From Methanobacteriota archaeon (GTDB lineage Archaea; Hydrothermarchaeota; Hydrothermarchaeia; Hydrothermarchaeales; JACRDW01): a stretch of 56,016 bases of DNA. The DNA is taken from contig JBDRDL010000038.1 in assembly GCA_043820925.1 (NCBI GenBank), positions 1 through 56,016 of the forward strand. Reading direction: 5' to 3'. Every line of letters begins with the position of its first letter. The first letter of the stretch is position 1. A model generated the notes under the pieces. The model was not told the DNA's origin and searched no databases. It was given only the letters and a program-made list of their open reading frames with translations. The translations under genes were made by a program, and so were the position numbers. Shown piece by piece: positions 1-8,143 of the stretch.

Positions 1-340
1 TCTCATCCAGTACTGCTGAGATTACCTTCCCCTCCCTGACAACAATTCTTGCTGTGTGCGGGGTGATAACCTGGGTAACGATTTTGCCAGTCCTGTCTCC
101 ATAGCCGCCGTGCCTGCTCTGAAATTCGATGACAACACTCCAGCAGTAAGGGCAGCGCAATGTAAGCACGTCAGCGACGACCATGTTCTCGCCGTCCCAC
201 TTATATGTCGGAGCATTTGCGAGGAATTCTTTTGCAGTTTCGACAGCCTTTTCTTTTGTGTAGAGTCGAGAAATCTCTGGCAGCTGGATGCATCCGACTG
301 CCAATACTCCAACTATTAAAATATAAATTATTTTTTCCAT
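1..340 (-). CDS. Partial small secreted/lipoprotein-like protein (3' end beyond window edge)
   Basis: ATG (rc) at 338-340, frame open to the window edge. Translation MEKIIYILIVGVLAVGCIQLPEISRLYTKEKAVETAKEFLANAPTYKWDGENMVV... has a hydrophobic N-terminus followed by Cys (lipobox-like). Absent from the ORF track because it runs off the edge; listed ORFs 22..312 and 56..319 are other frames. Confidence 0.5.
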   Translation of the reverse strand, partial: MEKIIYILIVGVLAVGCIQLPEISRLYTKEKAVETAKEFLANAPTYKWDGENMVVADVLTLRCPYCWSVVIEFQSRHGGYGDRTGKIVTQVITPHTARIVVREGKVISAVLDE

Positions 341-396
341 GCCGTCTTTTTTTCGCTGCATAGGATAAATTTTATTACTTTGCAGCTAATATATAA

Positions 397-2343
397 ATGA
401 TGAAAGTTTTGGGAGTAGATATCCTCGCAGGTTCAGTTGAATCAAAAACCCAGCCGAAGTATTCTCTTGTTCTGCTCGAGGGCGGAGAAATCCGCAGGAG
501 TGAGGAAGTTACCAGGTACGAAATGCTCAGAATGATAAGGGACATTAAACCTGATAGAATAGCCTGCGATAATGTTTTCGAGCTCTTTTCCAAGGATAGA
601 GCAAGAAAGTTCTTCTTTACCCTGCCCCAGAACACGCAGTTGGTGCAGGTTACGGGCAGCCCAACAGCTCCCGAGCCTCTGCACATAGTTGCGAAGAGGA
701 ACGGAATTCACCTGACTTCGAGAGCTGGTTCTATGGAGGAAGCGCTTGCATGTGCCAGGCTTGCTTACTTGAATGTAGGATTTATAGTCAGTGCTTTCGA
801 GGACGAATGCAGGATACTCGTCACCAGGGCGAGGAGCATGGGAAGAGGAGGTCAGAGCCAAGACCGCTACAGAAGAAAGGTGCACAGCGAAGTTGCGCTG
901 AACATAAAAGAGATAAAGCATCTCTTGGATGAGAAAGGGATTAAGTACGAGCTGAGATGCGCAAAAGCAGACTACGGCTGCTCGAGGGGAGAATTTCGAG
1001 TCTGCTGCCCCAAGTCAGAGCTGCGGGGCATAAGGCAGAGGAAGGGTCCAGACGTTCAGATAAAAATTCTGCCAGTGGAGAAGAAAAAATTAGAATTCAC
1101 ATCTCTTGCACCGAGAGATAAGAGCGTTATTCTGGGCATAGACCCGGGAACAACTACGGCACTTGCAGTCGTGGATTTGGATGGCAAATTACTCGAAGTA
1201 TTCAGCTCTCGGAATTTTTCTTTCAGCAAGGTTCTTTCTTTCACGACCAACTATGATATAGCTATAGTTGCGAGCGATGTTGCACCGGCTCCGAAGTTTG
1301 TGGAAAAGGTTTCCTCTTCGTTGAACTCTGTTTTATTCGCTCCTGCCCAGCCGCTGAGCGTGGCAGATAAGGTTGCAATAGTTAATGAGAAATTCTCCAG
1401 GTCTTCGTATGCAAATCCGCACGAGAGGGATGCGCTTGCGGCTGCAGTAAAGGCATACAGCAACTACAGAAATACGCTGGAGCAAGTTGACAAAAAGCTC
1501 GAGGAGCTGCGGCTAACCAAGCTAAAGAGCGAAGTCAGAAAACTTGTTCTGAAAGGCGAAAGCGTGGAGGGGGCAATAGCCAGGCTTACCAGGCGCAGGG
1601 AAGAGGTCAAGAAGGAGGAAAAGCCGGAGGCTATTCCAGACGAGCACCGCAGAATAATAAAAACTCTGAGAGACGAGATTCAAATTTTGAAAGAGGATAG
1701 GGAAGAGCTTCAGAAAGCGTTGAGAGAGAGCAGGCAAAAGATAGCAGAACTCGAGAGGAAGCTGGCATACGTAACTACCCAAGAGTCCAGAATAATGAGG
1801 AGGGAAAGAGAGATTGCCTACCGGGAGAAAGAAATTCAGGCACTTAAATTTAGACTTTATGAAGAGAAAATGCTCAGGGAAAATCTCCAGAAAAAATTGA
1901 ACGAGCTCCAGAGGATAAACTTGCTTGAGTCGTCTGGCAATTTGAGCCTGCTTAAGGTAATCCCTCAGTTTACGAAAGAAAAAATTTTTGGAGTTAGGGA
2001 TGTGATTAAAAGCGGCGACATGCTTTATATCTTAGACGCAAGCGGAGGAGGCGGCTCAACTGCAGAGAAGCTTTTGGAGCTGAATCCAAGAGCAATAGTT
2101 GCAGACAAAGAAAAAATGTCTCATCCGGCCAGAGAAGTTTTTAAAGATGCGATAATAATCTCGCCAGATAGATTAAAAATAAATCTAATCGAAAATTTCG
2201 GCATAGTCGAGAGCAACGCTCTGGAAGAAGAAATAAAAAAAGAGAGAGAAAGAATGAAAATTGAAAGTGCAGTAAGAAGAGAGAAATTGTTGGAAAGCAT
2301 TATCGAGGAGTATAGGCAAAGGAGAAAAGGGGTGGCTAAATGA
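397..2343 (+). CDS. Conserved archaeal DUF460/COG2433-type protein (RNase H-fold-like N-terminal regions plus long coiled coil)
   Basis: 648-aa ORF. N-terminus MKVLGVDILAGS and internal ILGIDPGTTTALAVVDLDGK resemble RuvC/RNase H-fold motifs. Central region is heptad-rich and charged (EELQKALRESRQKIAELERKL). Confidence 0.7.
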   Translation: MMKVLGVDILAGSVESKTQPKYSLVLLEGGEIRRSEEVTRYEMLRMIRDIKPDRIACDNVFELFSKDRARKFFFTLPQNTQLVQVTGSPTAPEPLHIVAKRNGIHLTSRAGSMEEALACARLAYLNVGFIVSAFEDECRILVTRARSMGRGGQSQDRYRRKVHSEVALNIKEIKHLLDEKGIKYELRCAKADYGCSRGEFRVCCPKSELRGIRQRKGPDVQIKILPVEKKKLEFTSLAPRDKSVILGIDPGTTTALAVVDLDGKLLEVFSSRNFSFSKVLSFTTNYDIAIVASDVAPAPKFVEKVSSSLNSVLFAPAQPLSVADKVAIVNEKFSRSSYANPHERDALAAAVKAYSNYRNTLEQVDKKLEELRLTKLKSEVRKLVLKGESVEGAIARLTRRREEVKKEEKPEAIPDEHRRIIKTLRDEIQILKEDREELQKALRESRQKIAELERKLAYVTTQESRIMRREREIAYREKEIQALKFRLYEEKMLRENLQKKLNELQRINLLESSGNLSLLKVIPQFTKEKIFGVRDVIKSGDMLYILDASGGGGSTAEKLLELNPRAIVADKEKMSHPAREVFKDAIIISPDRLKINLIENFGIVESNALEEEIKKERERMKIESAVRREKLLESIIEEYRQRRKGVAK

Positions 2344-2395
2344 GGCGAAGAGCTTATAAACAACAACTACACAGGAAATACAAGGAGGTAGAGAG

Positions 2396-2611
2396 ATGGT
2401 CTATGTCGTGAATGGTTTGGAATACCTGGGTACAAAGCTGAAAACCGGAGCTGAAAAGAAGAGATTTGTAACTTTGAAGAAAAGCGGCACAATGCCGAGC
2501 AAGGACGAGGTTGTTGCACTAGCCAAGAAAAACCCGAAGGTAAAGAAAGTTTGGGTAATGCAAATCGAGGGCAACAAGTGGAAGAAAGCAATGAATGTGA
2601 TAAATCTCTAA
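2396..2611 (+). CDS. Small basic hypothetical protein (71 aa)
   Basis: ATG preceded by AAGGAGG (2382-2388) at 7-nt spacing; lysine-rich, no recognisable domain. Confidence 0.4.
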   Translation: MVYVVNGLEYLGTKLKTGAEKKRFVTLKKSGTMPSKDEVVALAKKNPKVKKVWVMQIEGNKWKKAMNVINL

Positions 2612-2700
2612 GCCGGCATAGCATACGGCTATCTCAAGCTTTAATAGGCGTTGCATTTGGCGCTGTGCTTTCGCTGGCGAACTTGCAGTGGTTTATCTGA

Positions 2701-2735
2701 CCACATAGCATTAAGTCTGCGTAAATGCTATGTGG
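2701..2735. other. Perfect 12-bp stem / 11-nt loop hairpin in a long non-coding gap
   Basis: ccacatagcatt (2701-2712) is the exact reverse complement of aatgctatgtgg (2724-2735). Confidence 0.6.
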
Positions 2736-2839
2736 TGCTAGTTCCGTTACACTTCACTAGTGGCAATGTTTATAATCGGCGTCTGGATAGGGGACTGGTT
2801 GGAAGCCAAGATAAAAAGAGGAAGTTCGGGATAGAGCGG

Positions 2840-2881
2840 AATACCGTCAGGTAGGCGTCAAGCGATTCGGTCTTCCGCAAT
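2840..2881. repeat. Interspersed repeat, module X (aataccgNNaggtaggcgcaa...cttgctNacgcaat family)
   Basis: aataccgtcaggtaggcgtcaagcgattcggtcttccgcaat; homologous copies at 16897, 24092 and 45172. Confidence 0.8.
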
Positions 2882-2923
2882 AGCGAAGCTAGTGCGCAAG
2901 ACCTGCGCTCTTGCTCACGCAAG
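2879..2923. repeat. Interspersed repeat, module Y (aatagcgaagctagtgcgcaagac...ctcttgctNacgcaag)
   Basis: Near-identical copies at 10489 and 16772. Related copies at 4898/4939 and, in reverse orientation, at 32914. Internal hairpin gcaaga/tcttgc. Confidence 0.85.
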
Positions 2924-2974
2924 GAAGATGGCATTTCTCGCCAGCTTCCTATCGGAAATCTTGCTTACGCAATG
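2922..2974. repeat. Interspersed repeat, modules Z+W (aggaagatggca...gccagcttcc + cggaaatcttgcttNcgcaa)
   Basis: Same two-module arrangement at 4974-5027. Z also occurs reversed at 50753-50790 and as a variant at 51711-51737. Confidence 0.8.
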
Positions 2975-3538
2975 CTACTCTATCATTCTTATTATATCTG
3001 CCTTTGTTATTATCCCCACAACCTTGCCTCTTTCCACGACCAGAACCGCAGGATTTACCTCCACCATCTTTGAAACTGTCTTAATGTCTGTGTTCTTGCT
3101 TATAGTTGGGAATCCGTCGTTCATTATCTCTTCGATTCTTTTGACAGGAATTTTTGATATATCTTTTCCTGAAGAAATCTCCTTCACAACTCTGGCTTCT
3201 GAAATGCTCCCAACCTGCGCATTATTTTCTAGTACCGGCAGCTGGGAAATTTCGTACTTCTCCATTAACTTGTTTGCAGTTCCTATCGTGTCGTTGGGCT
3301 TTACGTGAATAACTGGAGACTTCATTATATCAACTGCACAGAGCTCTTTCTTTACCTCCCCGGCTTTAAGCGCATCCAATATTTTCTTGAGAGTCGAAGT
3401 TCTCGGGTCTATGTCTCCGGCTTCAATTCTTGCTATAAGAGACTGGCTGACCTTAGCTTTTGCAGCAAGCTCTGTCTGCGTTAATCCTGCTCTCAACCTG
3501 TAGTTGCGTAAATCTTCAGGACTCGGTATCTCGTACAT
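2975..3538 (-). CDS. XRE-type HTH plus tandem CBS-domain transcriptional regulator
   Basis: N-terminus LRNYRLRAGLTQTELAAKAKVSQSLIARIEAG (HTH_3-like), followed by a CBS-pair-like region (VDIMKSPVIHVKPNDTI..., IITKADIIRMIE). Confidence 0.8.
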   Translation of the reverse strand: MYEIPSPEDLRNYRLRAGLTQTELAAKAKVSQSLIARIEAGDIDPRTSTLKKILDALKAGEVKKELCAVDIMKSPVIHVKPNDTIGTANKLMEKYEISQLPVLENNAQVGSISEARVVKEISSGKDISKIPVKRIEEIMNDGFPTISKNTDIKTVSKMVEVNPAVLVVERGKVVGIITKADIIRMIE

Positions 3539-3539
3539 C

Positions 3540-4223
3540 TCACTTTGCTTCTTTCTCTTTCAGCTTCTTTTCTGCAGCTTTGGCAACCGCATCTTTCAAA
3601 CCCCAGCCTATCGCAATTCCGAGACCAACACCAACACCTATAGCTATTCCATACGCAATTGGAGTTATCAGAGCGTATATTATCGTCGTCTTTATCTTGA
3701 ACTGGTCGAGCGCCATGACGAGTATCATGAGATACAGCGAGATTCTTATCACGAAGGTTACGGCATTTATATACTCAATTTTCAGCTCTTTTGTCGTAGT
3801 TTTGATGAACCCTACGATAAAATCAACTGCAATCAAGCCGCCGAGCAGTATTATAATCCCTGCGACCAGGTTCGGAATATACAGCAGGGCATCCCTCAGA
3901 AATGCGGTTAGAAACTCTATGTTGAGAATATTTACCGCTGCCATCAGAGCAACTGCATAAATGAACCATCTTATCATCAGATCAGAAATACCGACTAACT
4001 GCACTCCGCTTTTTTCAATATACTCCCCAACAACCGTTTTCCTTATTAATTCGTTTAATCCGGCCTTGTCCAGTGCATCGGATATTGCCCTTCCGAAAAC
4101 TCTGCCGACGTACAATCCAACTAACAGCACTGCCAAAGCAGCAATTATTTTTAGAATATACATTGCAGCGTCGGCTACCGCTCTTCCAGCAGTAGCGTCC
4201 AGGAATGAAATCATATCTACCAT
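3540..4223 (-). CDS. Integral membrane protein with conserved-TM-helix repeats (MscS-associated type)
   Basis: Multiple hydrophobic spans and a lysine-rich C-tail. Start moved to ATG at 4223 because GGAGG lies 7 nt upstream (rc of 4231-4237). Confidence 0.6.
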   Translation of the reverse strand: MVDMISFLDATAGRAVADAAMYILKIIAALAVLLVGLYVGRVFGRAISDALDKAGLNELIRKTVVGEYIEKSGVQLVGISDLMIRWFIYAVALMAAVNILNIEFLTAFLRDALLYIPNLVAGIIILLGGLIAVDFIVGFIKTTTKELKIEYINAVTFVIRISLYLMILVMALDQFKIKTTIIYALITPIAYGIAIGVGVGLGIAIGWGLKDAVAKAAEKKLKEKEAK

Positions 4224-4272
4224 ATAGCAACCTCCTTGTTTGAAATAATGCAAAACCAGAATATAAAGCTTA

Positions 4273-4746
4273 TTATGCTGGAATCAGAGCTATCCTGTCC
4301 TTTACAATATTCTTGAGAACATTCTTTTTCTTTTCTCCGCTTCTTGCTACGGTTCGAATTTCTTTCTCGTCTATGCCAAACAGTTCTTTTATTCGCTCGC
4401 ATTTTTCTTCGTTGATTTCCAGCAAAGCTTCCTCGCATTCATATTCTTTCAGGATTTCCTTCGGAAATTCCTCACAAATTAAAATCACTTCCCTCGAATT
4501 TCGCAGACCAAAAATCTCTATGGCTTTTTTTATCTGCCTCTGGGCGCTTGCCCTTGCCAGAACTTCTATAAAAAAATCATTGCTGAAATTCTCCCCCCGC
4601 TTGAACGCTTTTTCAGCCTGCGAAATTGCAAATTCGATGTGCTCCCTGCCAGCCACGAAGCGAGAGTCGATTATCTGCACGTCTTTGTATTTCTTCAGAA
4701 CTTCCTTGTTTAGTGGTTTTTTGCATTTGAGAGGAAGGATTTTCAT
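4273..4746 (-). CDS. cgi121: KEOPS complex subunit Cgi121
   Basis: EVLARASAQRQIKKAIEIFG and LEINEEKCERIKELFGI match the conserved Cgi121 core as remembered from the M. jannaschii orthologue. Confidence 0.8.
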   Translation of the reverse strand: MKILPLKCKKPLNKEVLKKYKDVQIIDSRFVAGREHIEFAISQAEKAFKRGENFSNDFFIEVLARASAQRQIKKAIEIFGLRNSREVILICEEFPKEILKEYECEEALLEINEEKCERIKELFGIDEKEIRTVARSGEKKKNVLKNIVKDRIALIPA

Positions 4747-4897
4747 TTCGAATCCACTCGTCGAACTTGCTATCGCATTCGCTTCGTAGAAGCGAGAGCA
4801 CGAGTATCGCTCATGCTTTCGTTCTTTCGGAACGAGTGCTTCGTTCTCCTCCTGTCTTCACCCTTGGTTGCAGTTCGCTTCGCTCACTGTTTTCCCC

Positions 4898-4970
4898 AGC
4901 GTAAGCTGGGCGCAAGACTCACGGACTTGCTCACGCAAGCGTAAGCTGGGCGCAATACCTTTGCGCTTCC
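4898..4970. repeat. Two tandem Y-like repeat copies
   Basis: agcgtaagctgggcgcaagactcacggacttgctcacgcaag followed directly by agcgtaagctgggcgcaatacctttgcgcttcc. Confidence 0.8.
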
Positions 4971-4973
4971 GAC

Positions 4974-5027
4974 AGGAAGATTGGCAAACCCGCCAGCTTC
5001 CTTGCGGAAATCTTGCTTGCGCAAGGG
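4974..5027. repeat. Repeat modules Z+W
   Basis: aggaagattggcaaacccgccagcttcc + ttgcggaaatcttgcttgcgcaaggg; parallels 2922-2974. Confidence 0.8.
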
Positions 5028-5047
5028 CTTTTTTTAAAAGGGCTCAT

Positions 5048-5824
5048 TTACATTCTCGCCCCTTTCAGTGCGTCTTTGCACCCGCACTCCCGCTCTTCCG
5101 GAATATTATTTATTACCTCGACCAAAATCTTCTTCAGATTTTCTTGATTTTTCTTTACGACGTCTTTCACTTCTGTAGCTGTGAGCTTCTTCTTGGCTAT
5201 GCCTGCAGCGAAGTTGGTTACTGTGCATATTGCAGCATAACAAATCTCAGCCTCTCTTGCCAGAGTTACTTCTGGCACGCCAGTCATTCCAACGATGTCG
5301 CACCCGAGTTTGTGGAGTACTCTAATCTCTGCAGGCGTTTCGAATCTGGGACCTTGAGTGCAGGCATAGACTGCACTGCTGAAGACTTTTCCTGCGATTT
5401 TCCCACTAGCTGTCGCTAGGGCTTTCCTTAACTCTGGGCAGTATGGTTCAGAAACATCTATGTGAACTACTTCCTTGTCGTAAAAAGTAGAATCTCTGCC
5501 TTTAGCGAAGTCTATGAAGTCGTGAGGTATAACAATGTTTCCGGGAGCAAGTCTTTTGTTGATTGCACCAACAGAATTGGTCGAGATTATCCTTTCAGCC
5601 TTGAGCATTTTGAGAGCAAATATATTAGCCCTGTAGTTGACTTTGTGGGGCGGTAAAGCATGATTTTTTCCATGCCTCGGCAGAAATAGTATCTCATTTC
5701 CCAGCAGCTCTCCGACAGCGATTTCTGGAGAGCTTCCGTACGGAGTTTTTATTATCCTCCTCCCGAGCTCTTTAAAAATTTTCGGGTCATAAATTCCAGT
5801 TCCGCCTATGACTGCGATGCCCAT
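5048..5824 (-). CDS. mtnP: S-methyl-5'-thioadenosine phosphorylase
   Basis: MGIAVIGGTGIYD..., FLPRHGKNHALPPHKVNYRANI, GCDIVGMTGVPE: PNP/MTAP family signatures. Confidence 0.9.
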   Translation of the reverse strand: MGIAVIGGTGIYDPKIFKELGRRIIKTPYGSSPEIAVGELLGNEILFLPRHGKNHALPPHKVNYRANIFALKMLKAERIISTNSVGAINKRLAPGNIVIPHDFIDFAKGRDSTFYDKEVVHIDVSEPYCPELRKALATASGKIAGKVFSSAVYACTQGPRFETPAEIRVLHKLGCDIVGMTGVPEVTLAREAEICYAAICTVTNFAAGIAKKKLTATEVKDVVKKNQENLKKILVEVINNIPEERECGCKDALKGARM

Positions 5825-5825
5825 C

Positions 5826-6896
5826 TCAAGCAGCCCTCGTCACCTTGCTTGCCTTCCATTTAGAGCGTATGTACAGGAAGCCGAGCATCGAGAGCACCAA
5901 GCCAGAGGTTATCCACGTTGCTAGCTCAACGTTGTTTATTTCCCCGATCAGAAACTGGCTAGCTGCACTTATGGTTACCCCGAAGGCTACTACAAACACC
6001 ATCATTACCATATACTTCCATGCCCCCTGCTTCTCGAGTACAGCGTCTATGCTCTTGCCAATTAGAGCAACGATAGCTGCGAAACTCAGAAAATTAATTG
6101 CGCCCGAAGAGAATACCGGCACTGCCTCTCTAATGCTGCGGAATGCGATACCTCTGCCCACAACTTCGTCGTATCCTACAGCTATTCCGACAACAGCTAT
6201 AAGTATCGAGACTACATAGGTGAAGAAGCTTATTTTCCCAGTAGCCACGGAGGACCTGAATTCTTCAAATATTCTCTGCACCGTACCTTCCAAACCAAAT
6301 CCCTTTATCACCAAGAATACGCCGACTGTGCCGGCAATTAGCCTCCAGCTCGCCGCCCCGAGCAGCATGTACAGTATTGCAGCAATTCCGGGCACACCTA
6401 TCAGGAGCTTGGCAAGTTTCGGGTCGCTAACGATATCTCTAAGAAAATCTTGAATGACGTAGTAGGTGCTCTCAAGTTTCTCAGCCTGCCTTACTATAAC
6501 CCTCTTCACAGCTATCACATTCGTTTTCGACTGGACTATCGGCAGGAGATACTCATCTTCTGCGCCGTCAGTTACGACAATAACTCCATCCGGCTTATTT
6601 TTTTCAAGAGCGTCATCAAGCTGTCTGGAAATTTTGGTATCGGATTCAACGCCGAGATTTTCGCTTCCAACGAGGGCAACGACCTCTACCTCTCTTCCCT
6701 CTTTCTTAAAGTAGTCTCCCACTTTTATGGCTTCGAAAAGAGCATTGGTGTCTGATTCGCTCGGGTCTGCCAAGCCGAGCCTTAAAGCTACATCCAGCAA
6801 TTTCTCTCTTCCGTAGATAGGACCGTCTTCGCCAATTTTCCTGAAAATGTCAGCATCCCTGTCGATGCAGATTACCAGTATTTTGTTATACTCCAT
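5826..6896 (-). CDS. DUF373-family archaeal membrane protein
   Basis: Soluble N-terminal domain (ILVICIDRDADI..., VIVVTDGAEDEY) followed by several TM helices, as in DUF373 proteins. Confidence 0.7.
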   Translation of the reverse strand: MEYNKILVICIDRDADIFRKIGEDGPIYGREKLLDVALRLGLADPSESDTNALFEAIKVGDYFKKEGREVEVVALVGSENLGVESDTKISRQLDDALEKNKPDGVIVVTDGAEDEYLLPIVQSKTNVIAVKRVIVRQAEKLESTYYVIQDFLRDIVSDPKLAKLLIGVPGIAAILYMLLGAASWRLIAGTVGVFLVIKGFGLEGTVQRIFEEFRSSVATGKISFFTYVVSILIAVVGIAVGYDEVVGRGIAFRSIREAVPVFSSGAINFLSFAAIVALIGKSIDAVLEKQGAWKYMVMMVFVVAFGVTISAASQFLIGEINNVELATWITSGLVLSMLGFLYIRSKWKASKVTRAA

Positions 6897-6898
6897 AA

Positions 6899-8134
6899 TT
6901 ACACCAGGTTGAATCTTCTCAGCAGATATATATCTTCCAGTGTTAGCTTCTCTCCTTTTTTGAATCTCCCATAAACGCTTTTGGCTTCTTCCTTTAATTC
7001 TCTATCGCTTTTTGGCTTTAGCTCAGTTTCAGCTTCCACCCTCTTAATACTTTTCTCAAGTTCTTTAATCTTCAGCACGCAAGAGTTCAGTTCCTCATTC
7101 AGCTTGTCCAGCGCAGGGTCTATTTCCTTTCTCTTGCTGTTCAGTTCGTCTATTTTGGCTTCTGCTTCCTTAATTTCTGCAACCGCCTGCAAGAATTTTT
7201 CATGCTGCTGCTGGGATTCCTTGGATAATTTTAAAATTTCCTCGTGCACTTTTCTTGAGCTGCTTTTATGCCTGTCGATTTCTTTTGAAAGTTCTATCAG
7301 CTCCTTGTACCCTTTCAGCTCCTGATTTAGCTTTTTAATTCTGTCTACGAGAGCATCTTCCTTTTTGATTTCCATTACGCTTGTCTGAAGCTTCCATTCC
7401 AGAGCGTCTATTTCTTTCTGGATTTTCTCGTAGTCCCCCTTTGGAGCACTTTCCTTGAGCTTTTTGTATTTTGCAACCAGAGCTTTTACGTGCTCATTCA
7501 TTTTTTCCCTTTCTTCTTTTAACTTTTTAACCTCCCAGTTGAGCTCGTCCCTGAGCTTTTTGGATTCGTTCGCTTTCTTGTTTTTTGTCTTTATTTTCTG
7601 TATCAATTCTCTCTTTTTATTTCCGAGCTCTCCGAGGGCTGCCTTCTTCTCAACAATGTCCCTCTTCATGTCCTGCATTCTCAGCTCGAGCATGTCTCCC
7701 TCCCTTATCATCGCCTCCATGTCGAGCTCTCCAAAAATATAGGGGAGGATTCTGGTAAGGTCTTTCTCGTATATTATAACGTCTGCTGCCTTGCCGGGCG
7801 CCGGCTTCGAATTAAATGCCATGCACAGTCCTGCTTTTTCGAAAGCTGATAGGTCATTTGCACTGGAGACTACTGCGCTGTCTCGCAGCGAAACGCCAGC
7901 TTTCTTTACTATCTTCTCAAATGCCTTGGTTCTGGAGTCTTCACCGGTTAGCGGTCCGGAAATCTCGTTGGTAATCGAGTAGTCCAAGCCCAGCTCTTTC
8001 TTTATCGTGTCCGCAACCGCACTATTTCCGCTGATTATGCCTGTTTTTATTCCCCTCTCCTTTAGCTTTGCAATCGTCTCCTTTGCTCCTTCCATTATCA
8101 ACGTGCCGTCAAGGTCGAACAGAACTAACTTCAT
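6899..8134 (-). CDS. HAD-superfamily phosphatase (PSP-like) fused to a long archaeal coiled-coil region
   Basis: HAD motif I MKLVLFDLDGTL and later SGNS / K / SSANDL motifs. The C-terminal ~270 aa are charged heptad repeats (COG1340-like). Confidence 0.75.
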   Translation of the reverse strand: MKLVLFDLDGTLIMEGAKETIAKLKERGIKTGIISGNSAVADTIKKELGLDYSITNEISGPLTGEDSRTKAFEKIVKKAGVSLRDSAVVSSANDLSAFEKAGLCMAFNSKPAPGKAADVIIYEKDLTRILPYIFGELDMEAMIREGDMLELRMQDMKRDIVEKKAALGELGNKKRELIQKIKTKNKKANESKKLRDELNWEVKKLKEEREKMNEHVKALVAKYKKLKESAPKGDYEKIQKEIDALEWKLQTSVMEIKKEDALVDRIKKLNQELKGYKELIELSKEIDRHKSSSRKVHEEILKLSKESQQQHEKFLQAVAEIKEAEAKIDELNSKRKEIDPALDKLNEELNSCVLKIKELEKSIKRVEAETELKPKSDRELKEEAKSVYGRFKKGEKLTLEDIYLLRRFNLV

Positions 8135-8143
8135 GCGCTACAC

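Noticed and set aside
2892-3308. 138-aa plus-strand ORF
   Set aside because: It starts inside repeat modules and otherwise runs antisense to the well-supported HTH-CBS regulator gene. Its composition is typical of a shadow ORF.
2840-5030. Possibility that the recurring ~45-nt palindromic repeats form a CRISPR array
   Set aside because: Copies are not regularly spaced and are not separated by unique spacers of uniform length. They belong to several different modules and are scattered at gene boundaries over the whole 56 kb. No cas genes are present.
4868-5419. 183-aa plus-strand ORF
   Set aside because: Its first third is translated repeat sequence and the rest is antisense to mtnP.
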